The position numbers and the translations under genes are program-made. 64,000 bases of DNA from Syntrophales bacterium (GTDB lineage: Bacteria > Desulfobacterota > Syntrophia > Syntrophales > UBA2210), in NCBI GenBank assembly GCA_963662405.2, contig CAXXKT010000001.1, positions 224,001 to 288,000 of the forward strand, written 5' to 3'. Below the pieces are notes generated by a model that was given only the letters and a program-made list of their open reading frames with translations, had not been told where the DNA came from and did not search any database. Shown one piece after another: positions 58,861 to 64,000 of this stretch (its first letter is position 1; every line of letters starts with the position of its first letter).

Positions 58861-61071
58861 CTATCCCTGGTCGGCCAGAAAGGTATATCCCTTTTCCCTG
58901 AAGAGCCGCAGACAGGCATCGACCGCCTCGGGGTCGAACGTGGTTCCGCGACCGGTGGCGATCTCATCCAGTGCCGCATCGGCTCCGAGAGAGGCGCGAT
59001 AGGGACGATGCGACGCAATCGCCTCGACCACATCGGCCACGGCGATGATCCTCGACTCAAGCAGGATGTCCTCTCCCCGGAGACCACTCGGATACCCGCT
59101 CCCATCCATCCGTTCATGGTGTTCCAACACCATCCGGGCGACAGGCCAGGGAAATTCGATATCCTTCAGTATGTCATACCCGGAGCGGGGATGCATTTTT
59201 GTCAGGGAAAATTCCGTTTCAGAAAGTCGCGTTGGTTTGCTGAGTATCTCCGTGGGAACCGATATCTTCCCGATATCATGGATCGACGATGCCGTCCGAA
59301 TCCCGTCTATCCGCTCCTGAGACAACCCCATTTCCGTGGCGATGGACCGGGCGAGATCGGCCACCCTGCGCTGATGCCCTGCCGTATAGGGATCTCGCGT
59401 TTCGACAACGAGGGCCATGGCCTGGACGGTGGCCCCGACGGCCTTCCTCAACCGCTCCACGCTCAGTTTCCGCTCGGTGATATCACGGGCAACCCCCATG
59501 ATCGCGTACGGGGTGCCGTCATGATAGACAAGGGACGATCTGATTTCGAAATCCAGATATCTACCGTCCTTTCGCCGTATCTTATATTCCATTATTTCCT
59601 TTTGTAATCCGCCCTCCACGATCTCTTCAAGTTGCTGCAGGGCTTGCGGAAGCTGCTCCGGAGGTAGCAACGATGAAAAATCCATTGAGGAAATCTCCTC
59701 TCGATCATACCCCAACAGGTCAAGTGTATTTTGGTTGGCATCGAGGAAAGTGCCTTTCAGATCATGGCTGTAAATACATTCGAGGGAATGGTCAAAGAGG
59801 GACCGGAACCGTTCCTCGCTCTCCTTGACCGCCATCTCCGCTCGTTTTTGTTCGGTGAGGTCATCATATATGGCAACGATTTCTCCGGACGGCAGCTTAT
59901 AGACATAGTTCTCTCTCCAGCCTTCGATACGGCCGTCCTTGTACAGCTTAGCAGGATACCGTTCGGCCGTCCCGGTCTTCCAGACCCGCCGAAAGACATC
60001 GAACAGTCCCATATCATCAATACCGGGAAACACCTCTCGGACCGTTTGTCCAATAACGTCATCTCTTTCTATCTGATCCGCTTTTTCAGCCGACTTATTG
60101 AAGGCCCTGAATACAAAGTCTTCGCCATCTTCCACAACTTCATAGACGGCCACGCAACTGCTCATGTTTTCGAACAGTTCTGCAAATCGTTTTTCACTCT
60201 CCGCGATCGCCTCTTCAGCCCGTTTTTTGTCGGTAACATCCCTGAAATTGAGGATGATCGCCCCTATCTCCGGGTCACCCACCCGGTTGTTCCCGACGAT
60301 ATCGATCCACCGCCAGGAGCCGTCCCGGTGGTGGGCCCTCATCTCCGCCGTTTCGATGTTCCCCGTCTCCTCCAGCAGATGTGCCAACTTGGTTGCCATC
60401 ATGGGAATATCATCGGGATGGACGAACTGCTCCCACCCTTGCCCGATCATCTCCTCGGGCCGGTATCCGAGGATACGGTCAACGGCCTCTGATATATACA
60501 GGAATGTGCCTTCAGGGGAAAAGAGTGAGAGGGCGTCCATGCTGTTCTGGACCATCTTCCGGAATCGTTCCTCATCCTTTCTGATGGTCTTCTCCACCAG
60601 CTTCCGTTCGGTGAGGTCACGGGAGATACCCTGGACGCCCACGATCCGTTCCCCCTCGTAGATGGCACTCATGTTGATTTCTACGGTTATGACGCGTCCA
60701 TTCCCTGCCTTGTAGCTCAATTCATAGGGCGTTACCGTCTTGCCCTGCAATGCCTCTTCAAATTTCTTCCCTATCCTCCCCCGATCTTCAGGCTCTACAA
60801 CATCAAGAAAACGAAGGGCATAAAATGTATCCGGGGCAAGACCCGACCTGTCCACTATTGCGCTGTTCACGAACGTGTAATAGCCATTCCTGTCGAGCCT
60901 GAAGACCCCGTCGCTGACACGGTCCACGAGATCCTGAAAATCTCTTTCATTTTCCTGCCGTGACGGCGCCTTCGTGTCCCCCCTCTCCTCAAGACCGGAA
61001 GCCCGACGGCGTAACGCGGCCAGTTCCGCGACAAGGTCCTTTTTTGTCCTGGCTTCGTCCTTCATAGTCAT
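58861..61071 (-). CDS. Multi-PAS HD-GYP phosphodiesterase
   Basis: Four PAS repeats; HDIGK, HHERMDGSGYP. Confidence 0.9.
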   Translation of the reverse strand: MTMKDEARTKKDLVAELAALRRRASGLEERGDTKAPSRQENERDFQDLVDRVSDGVFRLDRNGYYTFVNSAIVDRSGLAPDTFYALRFLDVVEPEDRGRIGKKFEEALQGKTVTPYELSYKAGNGRVITVEINMSAIYEGERIVGVQGISRDLTERKLVEKTIRKDEERFRKMVQNSMDALSLFSPEGTFLYISEAVDRILGYRPEEMIGQGWEQFVHPDDIPMMATKLAHLLEETGNIETAEMRAHHRDGSWRWIDIVGNNRVGDPEIGAIILNFRDVTDKKRAEEAIAESEKRFAELFENMSSCVAVYEVVEDGEDFVFRAFNKSAEKADQIERDDVIGQTVREVFPGIDDMGLFDVFRRVWKTGTAERYPAKLYKDGRIEGWRENYVYKLPSGEIVAIYDDLTEQKRAEMAVKESEERFRSLFDHSLECIYSHDLKGTFLDANQNTLDLLGYDREEISSMDFSSLLPPEQLPQALQQLEEIVEGGLQKEIMEYKIRRKDGRYLDFEIRSSLVYHDGTPYAIMGVARDITERKLSVERLRKAVGATVQAMALVVETRDPYTAGHQRRVADLARSIATEMGLSQERIDGIRTASSIHDIGKISVPTEILSKPTRLSETEFSLTKMHPRSGYDILKDIEFPWPVARMVLEHHERMDGSGYPSGLRGEDILLESRIIAVADVVEAIASHRPYRASLGADAALDEIATGRGTTFDPEAVDACLRLFREKGYTFLADQG

Positions 61072-61511
61072 ACCCTCCCAGACAAGAACACCTCCTCGAT
61101 AATAAATACGGTCTCTTTGTGAATAACCGGGGATGGGATCGAATGGGATGTCCCCTCGACAAGGGGAACAAAGGGAAAGGCAGCATGCGGGTGTCTTGTA
61201 TGCTTCATATGAGAGCTAATGTAGTACCAAATAGAATAAAGTCAAGGAAAAGATTCAGTGTTTCTACAACCACGGCAGGAATCCGAAAAATACGGAGGCG
61301 GGACGCAGCCCGTCTGACAGCCTCGCTTCGGCTCCGCACCATACCCGCAGGGTGGCACAATCTTTTGTTATGATTATACCCATAAGTCGGGGATACAAGA
61401 ATGATCGAACAGGCGAGGTCTCCCGCTCACGGAAAAAAGGATGGGTGACAGGGACGAAACGCCGCCCATCACCCAATCCTTTCCGAACCAACACTCTCCG
61501 ATGAGAGGCGC

Positions 61512-61922
61512 TTACGCGACCTTCACTTTGATCTGGCGTGGTTTCGCCGCTTCCACCTTGGGCAGCCTCAGGCGGAGGACACCGTCCTTCATCTCGGCAT
61601 CGATCTTCGCCTGATCGATGATCTGCGAAAGCCTGAACTGACGGTAGTATCGTCCCGTCCGGTACTCCCTGAGCACGTCCACCTCATCGGACCCTTCGGG
61701 AGATTGTACCTCACTGTCGAGGGTAAGGACATTTTCATGGAGATCGATGTTCAGGTCTCCGGCCTTCACACCGGGCATGTCGGCCAGCACGGTGATTTCA
61801 TGCTCCGTCTCGAAGATATCCACCGCCGGGGTAAAGACCACTCCCGGTTTCGTCTGCTCGGCGGGTTCGGTCACTTCCGCCTTTTCTTTTGCCTGAAGGG
61901 CTTTCATTTCCCTGTCTGTCAT
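61512..61922 (-). CDS. Hsp20 family chaperone
   Basis: PAVDIFE, ADMPGV, KDGVL. Confidence 0.9.
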   Translation of the reverse strand: MTDREMKALQAKEKAEVTEPAEQTKPGVVFTPAVDIFETEHEITVLADMPGVKAGDLNIDLHENVLTLDSEVQSPEGSDEVDVLREYRTGRYYRQFRLSQIIDQAKIDAEMKDGVLRLRLPKVEAAKPRQIKVKVA

Positions 61923-61947
61923 CTCACATCACTCCTTTCACATCGAT

Positions 61948-62412
61948 TTAGGAAGTCTTGACGGTAATCTGTTTGGGTTTCACAGCCTCCGCTTTCGGGA
62001 GGGTTACCGTGAGGAGCCCGTCCTTGCAACGCGCATTCACCTTCCCCGTATCCACTTGAGCGGGCAGGGTGATAATCCTGTTGAATCGCCCCGCTTCCCT
62101 CTCCCTGCGATGATATTTCGCCTTCTCATCCTCGGCCGGGAGCTTTCGCTCGCCCGCGATGGTGAGCGTATCCCCCGTTACGGAGATGTCCAGATTATCG
62201 GCCGTGAGGCCGGGAAGCTCGGCACGGACGTAGAAGTGTTCCTTACCTTCGGTTATATTCATCAGAGGGAATACGCCTGCCGTGGGCGTCCCCAACGGGC
62301 CTCGTGAGAGGCCGCTACTCAGCCAGTCCATCTGCCTTCTCATACGTTCCAGCTCCTGAAGTGGACTCGTCCAGCCCCATGTGGGCCAATCGGTTCTGCT
62401 TCTCAACAACAT
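61948..62412 (-). CDS. Hsp20 family chaperone
   Basis: AELPGL, RREREAGRF, KDGLL. Confidence 0.9.
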   Translation of the reverse strand: MLLRSRTDWPTWGWTSPLQELERMRRQMDWLSSGLSRGPLGTPTAGVFPLMNITEGKEHFYVRAELPGLTADNLDISVTGDTLTIAGERKLPAEDEKAKYHRREREAGRFNRIITLPAQVDTGKVNARCKDGLLTVTLPKAEAVKPKQITVKTS

Positions 62413-62747
62413 GACACATCACTCCTTTCATTCCTTTTTATGTTTTGCAGCCTGACAGCAAAAAGCCCCAAAAACAGCATCAAAAAATCCGAAAAGAACG
62501 ACTTTGATCAGCTATTATCAGAGCTTCGTCAGTGATCACTGATGGATGGATATCCTGATTAAAAGGTAATCAGGATTTTCAGATTGTCAAGAGGAAGCAA
62601 ACCGCGCAGATATTCCGACGGGTTGCACGTTTCATCTCTTGAAAGACCGGCAGGCACATCACACCCCGGAACACCCGGCACATTGATACGGAAAGCGTCT
62701 CCGGTTTTCCCGACAGCTATGCATTTGATTTCTCGCGCTTTCTTCTC

Positions 62748-64000
62748 TCATCCAAGCGCTTCTCGAATCTTGGCAGCCAGCCCCTTCATCGAAAACGGCT
62801 TCTGTATGAAATTGACCCCCTCGTCCAACACCCCGTGGTGGACAATAACATTGGCCGTATAACCGGACATAAAGAGAATCTTCGTCGTCGGGCGGATCGT
62901 CCGGAGCCTCTCTGCCAGGTCCCTGCCGTTCATTTCCGGCATGACCACGTCGGTGATAAGCAGATGTATCTCTGAGCCATGTTCTTCGGCTATTCGAATC
63001 GCTTCACCGGGCGTCGCGGCCGCCAAAACAGTGTATTCAAGGCGCTGCAGCATGACCGTGGTCATATCCAGAATCGTCGGTTCGTCCTCTATGATGAGGA
63101 TGGTTTCCCCCCGACTTCGGGGGATTTCCTCAGCCGTCGGCACCGGTGTCTTCACGGCTTCAAGGGTATGCAGAGGAATGTAGATTTTGCAGGTAGTTCC
63201 TTTTCCCGGCTCGCTGTATATGTTGATGAATCCATTGTTCTGCTTGACGATGCCGTAAACGGTCGACAAACCCAGGCCTGTTCCCCGCCCCAGTTCCTTG
63301 GTCGTGAAAAACGGTTCAAAGATGTGCTTCAGGGTCTCTCTATCCATACCGCTTCCATTGTCGCTGACGGCGAGGAGCACATATTCTCCGGGGGTACAAT
63401 AGGAATGGGCATCACAATATGTCTCATCATACAATACCGTGTCTGTCTCAATGATGATCTTCCCCACATCCGCAATGGCATCCCGGGCGTTGACACACAG
63501 ATTGACCAGGACCTGGTCGAACTGCGCGGGGTCCATCCTGACACTACCCAGGCCCTTTCCGGGGAACCAGGCCAGCTCGATATTTTCGCCGATGAGCCTG
63601 CGTATCATCTTCAAGAGGCCCTCGACCGATTCGCTGAGATCGAATACGACCGGATCAATGGTCTGTTTGCGGGCGAAGGCCAAGAGTTGGCGGGTGAGGT
63701 TGGCGGATCGCTGGGCCGTGTCGAGGATCTTATCGAGGTTTTCGCGAAATGGATTCGCGGGGTCCATCTTGGTCATGGTTAGCTCGGCATATCCCATGAT
63801 CGCCCCCAGCATGTTGTTGAAATCGTGGGCGACACCACCGGCAAGGACACCGACCGCCTCCAGTTTCTGGGACTGGAGGAGCTGATCCTGCAATTTTTCC
63901 TTTTCCTCTTCGGTCCGTTTCCGGTCCGTAACATCCACCAAAAAACCATCATACACCACCCGGTCTCCATGGCGTGTCGGCATAGCCCTCCCATGGAACC
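62748..64000 (-). CDS. Hybrid sensor histidine kinase (HisKA, HATPase, REC), 5' end probably outside window
   Basis: AHDFNN, NARDA, DNGSGM, FFTTK, GTGLGL; receiver DVVMP, KP. Confidence 0.9.
   Translation of the reverse strand, partial: FHGRAMPTRHGDRVVYDGFLVDVTDRKRTEEEKEKLQDQLLQSQKLEAVGVLAGGVAHDFNNMLGAIMGYAELTMTKMDPANPFRENLDKILDTAQRSANLTRQLLAFARKQTIDPVVFDLSESVEGLLKMIRRLIGENIELAWFPGKGLGSVRMDPAQFDQVLVNLCVNARDAIADVGKIIIETDTVLYDETYCDAHSYCTPGEYVLLAVSDNGSGMDRETLKHIFEPFFTTKELGRGTGLGLSTVYGIVKQNNGFINIYSEPGKGTTCKIYIPLHTLEAVKTPVPTAEEIPRSRGETILIIEDEPTILDMTTVMLQRLEYTVLAAATPGEAIRIAEEHGSEIHLLITDVVMPEMNGRDLAERLRTIRPTTKILFMSGYTANVIVHHGVLDEGVNFIQKPFSMKGLAAKIREALG

Noticed and set aside
61270..61365. Riboswitch upstream of the HD-GYP gene
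   Set aside because: GC-rich stems are present, but I could not match the c-di-GMP riboswitch consensus by eye.

Overview
Bacterial chromosome window; gene content (PilZ, HD-GYP, sigma54 promoter, formiminotransferase, hybrid kinase) suggests a Desulfobacterota/deltaproteobacterium, which is an inference. Host genes smc-ftsY-phosphoesterase-ftcD precede tRNA-Arg(CCT). A ~39.9 kb element is integrated into this tRNA (48-bp direct repeat 4516-4563 / 44415-44462, tyrosine integrase next to attR). Its right half is phage-like: CI/Cro-like switch, DUF5131, two DNA methylases, primase-helicase with an iteron origin, and terminase, but no recognisable portal, capsid or tail genes. Its left half is a low-GC defence island: PaeR7I/XhoI-type R-M, TIR + Zn-ribbon, HD + Hsp90-like ATPase, OLD nuclease, PHP-ATPase (Ppl-like), DUF5677-like and DUF3800-like genes. 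The main finding is that most of these genes are integron-type cassettes with their own attC hairpins. They are docked at GTT cores inside two families of duplicated, convergent non-coding platforms, and no intI gene is present in the window. One platform family carries a thrice-repeated leader of promoter, SD-ATG-GTN-TGA and terminator. Also present: IS630, IS200, a group IIC intron inserted exactly at the end of a 48-bp IS200-derived solo hairpin, an inverted duplicate of a host sigma54 two-gene operon, and an ABC operon with a four-domain binding protein plus a STAS protein. Family names come from recognised motifs, not database searches.
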